64,000 bases of DNA from sequence record MT811961.1; one strand, given 5' to 3'. The position numbers were made by a program, and so were the translations under genes. How positions within the stretch are numbered: position 1 is the stretch's first letter; each line of letters starts with the position of its first letter. Of this stretch, positions 56,711 through 64,000 are shown piece by piece. The notes under the pieces are model-generated. The model was not told the DNA's origin. It saw only the letters and a list, made by a program, of their open reading frames with translations, and ran no database searches.

Positions 56711-58900
56711 ATGATTCTTTATTTGTCCGATTGGCAAAAGTATCCTCGAGCTATCGTTGATACTCAAACGACAAATACGTCCTTCTTAGAGTTAGCAGAA
56801 ACTTATCGCCAGATGGGTGTTGTTAACTGCATGTTCCCGCTAGCCCTCTACCAGCCGGAATTACAAGGCGTCGATCCGTTTGACCCTAACCTATCTTTAG
56901 AAATGAAGCTGCGTATTGCAGACGAAACAAAATACAATCCTTGGTACTATCTACGTGAGATTGCTCGCGTACCGGTATCGGGTTCCCCTGAACCTACACC
57001 CTACCTAGCAAACCGTGCCAACGTTGCAATGATGTGGTGTTTCCTTAATGGTTTTGACTATGCCAACATCATGCCTCGTCAGTGTGGTAAGTCAGTAGGG
57101 GCCGACGTATTGAACAACTGGTTATTACACATTGCGGGTAACAACACGGTTATCCAGCTGTTCACTCACTCGAACAAACTACGTAATGCCAACGTTAAGC
57201 GTCTAAAAGAAATTCGTGACCTATTGCCAGACTACCTAAACTTCTTCCAGCCTGGAGTTGACCCAGATAACCAAGAACGTCTAGCATGTAATGCACTAGG
57301 TACAGAATACTTAACATCAGTAGCACAGAAAGATAAAGACGCAGCGCACAACGCTGGACGTGGACTTACATCACCATGTATCCAGGTGGATGAGGGTCCG
57401 TTCTGTCCTAACATCGAAATCAGTCTTCCGGTAGCACTTGGTTCGACTGGTGCGGCACGCGACTGGGCTGAGAAACGCGGAACCTTTATGGGGAACTTGT
57501 TTACAACAACCGCTGGTAAACGAGACTCTAAAGAAGGTAAGTACATGTATGATCTTATTCATGATGGCATGTACTGGAATGAGAAGCTGCTTGATTGTGC
57601 AGGCAAAGAGTCTGCGAAAGAGATGGTTCGTGTTAACTCACGCAACAAAGACATCCTAATGATCAACGGTACGTTCTCTGCATTGCAGATCGGTAAGTCT
57701 ATTGAATGGCTACGAAACAAGATTGCGAACGCCCGTGGTCCTCGTGAGGATGCGGAACGAGACTACTTGAATAAATGGACCTTTGGTTCTGCCGAGTCTC
57801 CTCTCGATCCACACCTATTGGAAATTATCCAACAATCCGAAAGGGACCCTCAATACACAGAGGTATCAAAAGAAGGCTACATGCTTCATTGGTACATTCC
57901 CAAGGATGAGATTCCTCGACGTATGGCTTCTGGTCGTTATGTAATGACTCTCGATACCGCGAACATGAGTGGGCTCGATGCGAACTCAATGACCATCATG
58001 GATCTGAAAACTATGGAAGTTATTGCTTCCTCAGATATCAACGAAGGTTCATTGTATCGTTACCACGATTGGCTTTTCCGTTTGTTGGTTGCTTACGATC
58101 GTGTTACTCTGATCATGGAAAACAAGATGTCTGCGCAAGGTATCTTTGATGCATTGGCAATCAAGATGATCGCTATGGGTATCAATCCATTCAGAAGAAT
58201 GTTTAACTACATTGTAAATGACCGCACAGTAAACGAGAAGGCATGGAAAGAACTAGAGGAACGTGAACGCCAAGGGTTAATCACAGAATCGTTCTACGAG
58301 CGTTACAAGAAGAAATTCGGATTTATGACTACTGGTAAATCACGTCTTACTTTGTATGGCGAAGTATTCCAGCGTGCAGCTAAGACAACCGGTCACCTTA
58401 TTGCTTCTACTGACCTATCTCGTCAGATTCGTTCTCTTGTTATCCGCAACAACCGTATCGACCACGAAGTTGGCGGCAATGACGATATGGTAATCTCATG
58501 GCTAATGGGTCACTGGTTTGCAACAAAAGCAATCAACTTGACCTATTATGGCATTGAGGCTGGTCTTGTCCAATCTCTTGTATCTGAACAGGGTGCGACA
58601 GTTTCTAAAGAAGAAATTGCACACCGCAAAGAACAAGAACAGATTATGGAACAGATCAACTTCCTTAAAGAACAACTGGATATGGCAGGTAACGAAATAC
58701 TTCGTCGTACTGCTGAAATGAAGATTGCGAAACTTACACGCAAGCTTGATGATTCAGATGCAGACAAAGTTATGGAAGAACTTATGTCTCGTTCACGTCA
58801 AGAACAAGCGGAGCATAAGTCATTGTCTAAAGCGATTAAGAAACAAAAACTTAAACGTCACGGCAAAGGAAATCCATACGGATACCGCAGAGCAAGTTAA
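56711..58900 (+). CDS. terL: Terminase large subunit (729 aa; phiKZ gp25-like)
   Basis: Walker A IMPRQCGKS, Walker B IQVDE, and nuclease acidic motifs LDTA and NDDMVIS; AGGAG SD. Confidence 0.9.
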   Translation: MILYLSDWQKYPRAIVDTQTTNTSFLELAETYRQMGVVNCMFPLALYQPELQGVDPFDPNLSLEMKLRIADETKYNPWYYLREIARVPVSGSPEPTPYLANRANVAMMWCFLNGFDYANIMPRQCGKSVGADVLNNWLLHIAGNNTVIQLFTHSNKLRNANVKRLKEIRDLLPDYLNFFQPGVDPDNQERLACNALGTEYLTSVAQKDKDAAHNAGRGLTSPCIQVDEGPFCPNIEISLPVALGSTGAARDWAEKRGTFMGNLFTTTAGKRDSKEGKYMYDLIHDGMYWNEKLLDCAGKESAKEMVRVNSRNKDILMINGTFSALQIGKSIEWLRNKIANARGPREDAERDYLNKWTFGSAESPLDPHLLEIIQQSERDPQYTEVSKEGYMLHWYIPKDEIPRRMASGRYVMTLDTANMSGLDANSMTIMDLKTMEVIASSDINEGSLYRYHDWLFRLLVAYDRVTLIMENKMSAQGIFDALAIKMIAMGINPFRRMFNYIVNDRTVNEKAWKELEERERQGLITESFYERYKKKFGFMTTGKSRLTLYGEVFQRAAKTTGHLIASTDLSRQIRSLVIRNNRIDHEVGGNDDMVISWLMGHWFATKAINLTYYGIEAGLVQSLVSEQGATVSKEEIAHRKEQEQIMEQINFLKEQLDMAGNEILRRTAEMKIAKLTRKLDDSDADKVMEELMSRSRQEQAEHKSLSKAIKKQKLKRHGKGNPYGYRRAS

Positions 58901-58907
58901 AATAATA

Positions 58908-58945
58908 CTCCCCCTCCCGCAAGGGAGAGGGAGATATCTTTTTTA
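58908..58945. terminator. Terminator between convergent genes
   Basis: CTCCCCCTCCC-GCAA-GGGAGAGGGAG followed by a T-rich tract. Confidence 0.75.
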
Positions 58946-60157
58946 TCGATAACGATTAATCGTCAACATGCGTAGAGCAATATAGATCATCACAGCAATC
59001 TGAGTAGCGACCTTGATTGGATCACGGGCAGTAGGGATGGCATCCTCTACTAGGGTACGGAAGATCTCTTTTAGTTCAAGTGCATCTTTCTTCTTAACAC
59101 GAGATGATCGCATTGTGGAACGCAGACGACCAATGATCTCGGAAGCTTGGTTTAGGTTAATACGGCCTTGGCGTGCTTCGGTAAGAATAAAGACAACTAG
59201 TTTAGAAACCGTTTCTTGGTATGCAGGAACTGATGAAACATTATCCGCGAGATAGTTCAGTGTTCTACGGAAATGTGTTTCTTCAGCAGTCGAAATGATT
59301 TCCAACGTTGCGTCGACTAATTCATCGCGAATAAAGTCCCGGGGATCTTTTGCGATCTCAAGCATGTCTTTAACAAGATGCCGTTCCTTTGAAATGAATT
59401 CAGCGAGAACTGCTTCACCTTCAATACTGTTGATTGGAGAATTAAGGGTAAGGCGATCTGAGTTATTCTTGATTTCATGGTACTTCTCTGTCAATAGGTT
59501 AATCTGTCCGGCTAGGCGGTCCTGAATATCACCACACATGTAAAGTACATCTTTATCACGTGCCATTGTCTGCCATGTTTTGCGCGCGGTATGAATACCT
59601 TTAGGCTCTAGCATTTCCAGGGCTGTATTGCGCATCATGTTAAACCAACTACCATAGCGCTTTAGGTGTGACTTGTTATCGAGCGATTCATATAGTTGCT
59701 GTGCAATGATTTCATCACTAGGGAATTTAAAACGGTGTGATAGAAGTGAACACATGTGTTTTGACAGGTTCATGATAATCGTAAGAATTAATGCTTCGTC
59801 TTTTGTCTTTTGATCTAGTTTAGAGATCGCGATGCGATGCATTATATAGATGAACGACAGGTTAACAATATCACTGCGTACACGATGATTCTTTTCTACA
59901 TGTTCAACAGTAAACAACGCCTGTTGACAGTCGCGTTTCTCGTCAATGCCCAGTATGTCTTCTAGCCAGCGAATTGCATCGGCATCTACATAACGAACAG
60001 GACGAACACCCACAAGGTTACTACCGAAGTGAGCAGTATGTGTTTCGTTCTTGTTAATGAATCCGTAAACATAGAACGTAAGTTTTTGGATAAAGTTTTT
60101 ATCCACGGTCAGGTTACTGAATTCATCGAACACTGCACGAATGGAAGGATAAGCCAT
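58943..60157 (-). CDS. Conserved phiKZ-like hypothetical protein (404 aa)
   Basis: Strong GAGGAG SD; all-helical character; convergent with terL. Confidence 0.65.
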   Translation of the reverse strand: MAYPSIRAVFDEFSNLTVDKNFIQKLTFYVYGFINKNETHTAHFGSNLVGVRPVRYVDADAIRWLEDILGIDEKRDCQQALFTVEHVEKNHRVRSDIVNLSFIYIMHRIAISKLDQKTKDEALILTIIMNLSKHMCSLLSHRFKFPSDEIIAQQLYESLDNKSHLKRYGSWFNMMRNTALEMLEPKGIHTARKTWQTMARDKDVLYMCGDIQDRLAGQINLLTEKYHEIKNNSDRLTLNSPINSIEGEAVLAEFISKERHLVKDMLEIAKDPRDFIRDELVDATLEIISTAEETHFRRTLNYLADNVSSVPAYQETVSKLVVFILTEARQGRINLNQASEIIGRLRSTMRSSRVKKKDALELKEIFRTLVEDAIPTARDPIKVATQIAVMIYIALRMLTINRYR

Positions 60158-60220
60158 GATATCTCCTCGTCTTGGCCATGTGTTTTACTATATGATTAGT
60201 TTTCTCAATGCTTCGTCAAG

Positions 60221-60237
60221 TCTATATTACCTACATG
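60221..60237 (+). promoter_or_regulatory. Candidate early promoter (TATATTAC)
   Basis: TCTATATTACCTACATG in the divergent intergenic region. Confidence 0.55.
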
Positions 60238-60313
60238 ATGATTCACAGATGAATTATCAATGGGTCTAAGTTGGGTCTATCAATAATTTATTTCATAATC
60301 AAAGGTATATATC

Positions 60314-61015
60314 ATGTTTAATATTAATAAAGAGAGGGACTATACTTGTCAGTATTTTCTCGAACTAATTGAAAGCGGTACAGCAAACGGCAAGACTCTG
60401 ATTATCAATCCACAGATGCTGAAAGATCTGAACTACTCCATTCCACCTCACAATGGAGACATCATCTTTGTCGGGTTTGATGCTACGGATCCATTGCGTA
60501 TTCGCCGTAACTGGCGTTCCAGTGGACGTGTATTCATTGTTAATTCAATCATCAGTACGATGTCAGAATGTTTGTTTGAAGGTGGCATTACACTCATTGA
60601 GTCTGATATGTCGATAGTTGCAAAGATGCGACAGCCAAGATGTGACTTCTTTATGGACCCAGCAAGCTTTGAATTCTATCAGGAGAAAAAGCGTCATTCA
60701 AAGACGATGGCTAATCTAACTATCTTCGTCAAGCCAGAGGAAGAACTTCGTGCGGAACTAAATGCATCGGCAAACGAATCACCCAAGATAGATTTGTTAA
60801 GTTATATCACAATTACACAACCTGATCTTTCTTCAAAAGAGACAGACTCAGGAATTAGAATAGAAGGAAAAACTTTAAAGTTGTATGGTCCCTTTCTATT
60901 CGATATGACAAACATTCAATCTATCGACGCCGACATTTATCTAGAGGACGTTTTGAATCAAGACCTCACAGGCATAGAAATCAAGGGGGACATCGACGTA
61001 ACTAACAGGTACTAA
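60314..61015 (+). CDS. Hypothetical protein (233 aa)
   Basis: AAGG SD; first gene after the candidate promoter. Confidence 0.65.
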   Translation: MFNINKERDYTCQYFLELIESGTANGKTLIINPQMLKDLNYSIPPHNGDIIFVGFDATDPLRIRRNWRSSGRVFIVNSIISTMSECLFEGGITLIESDMSIVAKMRQPRCDFFMDPASFEFYQEKKRHSKTMANLTIFVKPEEELRAELNASANESPKIDLLSYITITQPDLSSKETDSGIRIEGKTLKLYGPFLFDMTNIQSIDADIYLEDVLNQDLTGIEIKGDIDVTNRY

Positions 61016-61016
61016 G

Positions 61017-61337
61017 ATGATTCGCACTATAGTTAAAAACCATCCACTCGTCATTGTTGGCCAGCATTTCTTTTGGAGAGGTCGCTTGCATCAACGCATC
61101 GGCCTCAATAGCTATTCTAACGCAGAAGAACTTGAAGCACTATTCTTACAGAACATGCTAGAAGGTCCTGAAAACTATCAGGTATTATCAGTTCACGAAG
61201 ATCCGATTGTTCGACAGTTAGTTGCGGCTAACCTAGAACAATTGGATGTTCTTCAAAAAGACACTGATCAGCAAGTTGCCTCAATGGCCAGTCTTTATCA
61301 AACCGTTTTGCCCGCTGTGGGGCAAGCCTACGTTTAA
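61017..61337 (+). CDS. Hypothetical protein (106 aa)
   Basis: Starts 1 nt after the upstream stop. Confidence 0.65.
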   Translation: MIRTIVKNHPLVIVGQHFFWRGRLHQRIGLNSYSNAEELEALFLQNMLEGPENYQVLSVHEDPIVRQLVAANLEQLDVLQKDTDQQVASMASLYQTVLPAVGQAYV

Positions 61338-61414
61338 TCTTTCTTTTTTGATAAATTATATGCGGGGAGCTGCGTCTCCCCCTTTACCAGTTTAACCTTT
61401 TTAGGAGAATCAAA

Positions 61415-62446
61415 ATGTCCTATGGATATCGTGGCGGTCGCCGCGGAGGCGGTGGTGGTGGCTTTCAACCTAAACCTCGTCCTCAACTAGCTCGCGAGCA
61501 TGAACTTCACCCTCTAATCGAAGCAGCATGTAAACACGAAAACAAAGCAGCCCTGCGTGACTTCGGTACACGTGGTACTGAAGTTTCAAAAGAAACGATT
61601 GTACTTGATGGCGATCCTAGTCGTACTCCTCTACCGATTCCAGTAGCGGCCATGTACAACACAATGCAGTTTGGTATTCACCACACACATCCGGAATTCC
61701 CACGTCTAGAAAAGTTTGATACGAACTACGAAAGTAACTTCTATCATGCTAAGTACAGCTCACCGATCATGTGGATCCATAACAGTGAAGAAACTGACTT
61801 CCGTCACATTCCTACTTACACTCGTTATGTAATCGACAAACATCGTCGTGTATTAAACGCTTACAACGGCATGGAAGTGAAGCCTGCGAATAAGTTCATG
61901 ATCGAACTTGTACCAGATGGCCCAGCTAACCGCCTATCTAAAGTAAGTATTGACTTCTTGATGTTTATGGCATTCTCTGCTCTACCAGATGATTTTGTAG
62001 ACTACGGCTTCCGTACGTACTCACATGACTTTGGCATGGATCTTGAAGGTCGTCAATACGGTCTTGTTAAGAAAGGCAAAGTTAAAGTCAAGAACAACGA
62101 AGTTAATATGGTTGCCGAATATGACAACCTACCTGAATTCATGAAACGCTGTCTAGCGCCTAAAGAGTTCCAGGTGATGAAAGAAATCAATGAGCAATCA
62201 CGTGATGGTTTCCGTGGCGCAGTTATCTCAGCTGGTCCATTCTCTATTCGTGAAAGTATTGCTTATGTTCCGCCAGCAGCTATTCCATCTGTAAATTCAG
62301 GTCAAAGCCAAGCTCCAGCGCAACAGTCACAGCAGCAAACTGATGAGTTCAACACTGCACCACAACAGCAGCAACAACCTCAACAACAAGCGCCGCAGCA
62401 ATCACCAATGCAAGACGACATTAACTTCGATGAAATCGAGTTCTAA
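61415..62446 (+). CDS. Putative nucleic-acid-binding protein: RGG N-terminus, degenerate NUMOD4/HNH-like core, Gln-rich linker and acidic SSB-like tail (343 aa)
   Basis: N-terminus MSYGYRGGRRGGGGGGF; core FRHIPTYTRYVID; C-terminus ...QQQQQPQQQAPQQSPMQDDINFDEIEF; AGGAG SD. Confidence 0.6.
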   Translation: MSYGYRGGRRGGGGGGFQPKPRPQLAREHELHPLIEAACKHENKAALRDFGTRGTEVSKETIVLDGDPSRTPLPIPVAAMYNTMQFGIHHTHPEFPRLEKFDTNYESNFYHAKYSSPIMWIHNSEETDFRHIPTYTRYVIDKHRRVLNAYNGMEVKPANKFMIELVPDGPANRLSKVSIDFLMFMAFSALPDDFVDYGFRTYSHDFGMDLEGRQYGLVKKGKVKVKNNEVNMVAEYDNLPEFMKRCLAPKEFQVMKEINEQSRDGFRGAVISAGPFSIRESIAYVPPAAIPSVNSGQSQAPAQQSQQQTDEFNTAPQQQQQPQQQAPQQSPMQDDINFDEIEF

Positions 62447-62453
62447 TAAAAGC

Positions 62454-62500
62454 CCTACTCCCTCCGGGGAGTAGGCTTGTCCTTTTATTCTTTTTTTTTT
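62454..62500 (+). terminator. Rho-independent terminator
   Basis: CCTACTCCC-TCCG-GGGAGTAGG followed by long T-runs. Confidence 0.8.
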
Positions 62501-62508
62501 GTTAAGCG

Positions 62509-62537
62509 AAAAAAAAATACCCACCCCGAAGGGCGGG
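62509..62537 (-). terminator. Rho-independent terminator
   Basis: The minus strand reads CCCGCCC-TTCG-GGGTGGG then TATTTTTTTT. Confidence 0.85.
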
Positions 62538-62540
62538 AAG

Positions 62541-62621
62541 AAATAGTATCTTAACCAATTAGAAGAACCAGTAAGCCCTCACTTACTCTGTCCCGAAGCT
62601 TTTTAAAAAGCCATACTATTT
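62541..62621 (-). ncRNA. Candidate small structured RNA (possibly Y-RNA-like) downstream of the Ro60-like gene
   Basis: The ends pair over 9 bp (AAATAGTAT/ATACTATTT) and enclose two hairpins. The segment lies between the Ro60-like stop and a terminator. Confidence 0.3.
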
Positions 62622-62624
62622 GGT

Positions 62625-64000
62625 TTATTTTGCGAGGAAGATATCTACAAGCTTGGTTTGCAGAGTACCGATTCCTTTTACTGTTAACAGTCCAGCATGA
62701 CGAGGTTCATCCAGAATCACTGTAGCGTCTTCTACGGCGACATGATGAACTATCTTAGTCAATGGGTTACGTCCAGTCAAATACGTATCCAGGGCGTCTA
62801 GGAAGCCTTTACGGAAGTGTTCTGACTTAACCACTGGTCGATGTTCATAGATAACCACATTGTCATATGCTACCGGCTGTGTCATCAGAATCTGAATAAA
62901 CGACATCGAAGGCATAACAACTCGATCTTTAGGAACTACACGCAGATGATCATAAAGGGCATCGACAGTAACGTTCTTAGGATCTAATACAAATGTACCT
63001 TCTCCAACAATAACAAGATTGCAATGAAGTGACTTGGCACGATCAAGTGCACCGGCAACAACTTCTTTAGAAATCTCATCCCAGTTAAGGAAAAGGAATA
63101 CTGCATTGTTTTCAATACCACGTTCAGGATATTCAACTTCTTCATAGCGACGAAGTAGCAAACGTCTTGTTTCAGGGAAACGTTCTGCATCCAAGGCCTC
63201 ACGATAAATCAATAGATCCACTGGTGTGATGCGCTGGTCTCTTAGCCAACCAGAAACAATACACATAAAGCGATCTGCTAGTTTGTCATCCAAGAATTCA
63301 AACGAAGGATCTATTTTTGCGATTTGCAGGAAGTTTTCCGGAGCTACATGTTTGCCATAGAATAATGCGCTCAGTATCTCAGCATAGTACAAGAACTTCT
63401 TCGGATAGACAGTGTGGTCGAAAGGTAAACCTTCTATCATCTTCGCAGCGGTCTCTACAGAGCCTTTAGCGCACAAGTTAAGGCCTAACACCTCTGAATA
63501 CGTTAAGAAGCGCTGAGGGACTTCTGAGGCGTCTCCACGATATCCTTTGATAATTCGCAGACATGCATCCTGTAGGTCATCACTGCCACGCAGAAACAAA
63601 CGACGTACAAGACTACGGTGGCTAAATGATATCGGTTTTTCATCGAACTGTACCGTTACCTTTTTATGGGCCAATACCTCACCGAGTAGATCACGAGGGT
63701 CTCGTTCAAGATACCAGCGACTAAGTACTTTCTTAACCATGCGGCCAAAGCCACGATAGTAAGAGATGAAACACGCAAAGCGAAGAATGTCTTCTGCATC
63801 CATACACAGATCTACTGCTGTATTTAGAGCATAGCTACTTGCTTCGAAGTCATCCGTATTGCCGGCTACCTTAGCCAGGATGAATAACCGATTTGCTTTT
63901 GTTTCTTTTGTAAATGAATACGATTGGGATACAACAAAACTAGTGATCCCTCTACCGCGTTGCTTGATCTGTTCCTCATAGCCATTGAAAGCCAAGTCGG
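62625..64000 (-). CDS. Divergent Ro60/Rsr (TROVE-domain) RNA-binding protein, probably 5'-truncated by the window edge
   Basis: Collinear Ro60-like blocks: LFILAKVA...ALNTAVDLC...ILRF, GFGRMVKKVLSRWY, FSHRSLVR, RITPVDLL, and C-terminal GLLTVKG. The frame is open to 64000. Confidence 0.72.
   Translation of the reverse strand, partial: DLAFNGYEEQIKQRGRGITSFVVSQSYSFTKETKANRLFILAKVAGNTDDFEASSYALNTAVDLCMDAEDILRFACFISYYRGFGRMVKKVLSRWYLERDPRDLLGEVLAHKKVTVQFDEKPISFSHRSLVRRLFLRGSDDLQDACLRIIKGYRGDASEVPQRFLTYSEVLGLNLCAKGSVETAAKMIEGLPFDHTVYPKKFLYYAEILSALFYGKHVAPENFLQIAKIDPSFEFLDDKLADRFMCIVSGWLRDQRITPVDLLIYREALDAERFPETRRLLLRRYEEVEYPERGIENNAVFLFLNWDEISKEVVAGALDRAKSLHCNLVIVGEGTFVLDPKNVTVDALYDHLRVVPKDRVVMPSMSFIQILMTQPVAYDNVVIYEHRPVVKSEHFRKGFLDALDTYLTGRNPLTKIVHHVAVEDATVILDEPRHAGLLTVKGIGTLQTKLVDIFLAK

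Noticed and set aside
62300-62410. CAG/CAA-rich tandem-like repeats as an array or contingency locus
   Set aside because: They simply encode the Gln/Pro-rich linker of the 61415 protein; there is no repeat-spacer periodicity.
1760-63759. Numerous 60-170 aa ORFs antisense to or frameshifted within long genes (e.g. 1760..3155 on +, 42103..42612 on -, 29418..30155 on +)
   Set aside because: They are shadow ORFs inside well-supported genes, with no SD and no recognisable motifs.
1-64000. CRISPR array, DGR/reverse transcriptase, inteins, rRNA
   Set aside because: I saw no repeat-spacer array, RT motifs, intein C/HN splice motifs in terminase/UvsX/RNAP, or rRNA-like sequence.

Overview
This window is part of a phiKZ-like jumbo myophage genome (nucleus-forming/Chimalliviridae-type gene order). 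The host cannot be determined from the sequence. From left to right it encodes: tail fibre and baseplate genes (including a >=1065-aa ORF missed by the ORF track), an SbcC/Rad50 ATPase, a central spike plus PAAR tip, a separated spanin pair, RNase H, a UvsX/RecA-like recombinase, three subunits of the split virion RNA polymerase, a 1931-aa tail protein carrying an M23 peptidase, the prohead protease, tail tube and sheath, and the terminase large subunit. Both large virion RNAP genes are interrupted by group I introns. Each intron carries a different homing endonuclease: an HNH of the NUMOD4/NUMOD1 type, and a Cys-repeat Vsr/EDxHD-like enzyme. One intron splits the catalytic DFDGD motif. The least explained features are a divergent Ro60/TROVE-like gene followed by a candidate Y-RNA-like element, an RGG protein built on a catalytically dead NUMOD4-HNH scaffold with an SSB-like tail, and a ~420-nt highly structured non-coding region behind an Arg-rich protein and a 29-aa acidic peptide. 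phiKZ gp numbers are assigned from motifs and gene order as I remember them, not from a database search. No tRNA, rRNA or CRISPR array was recognised.
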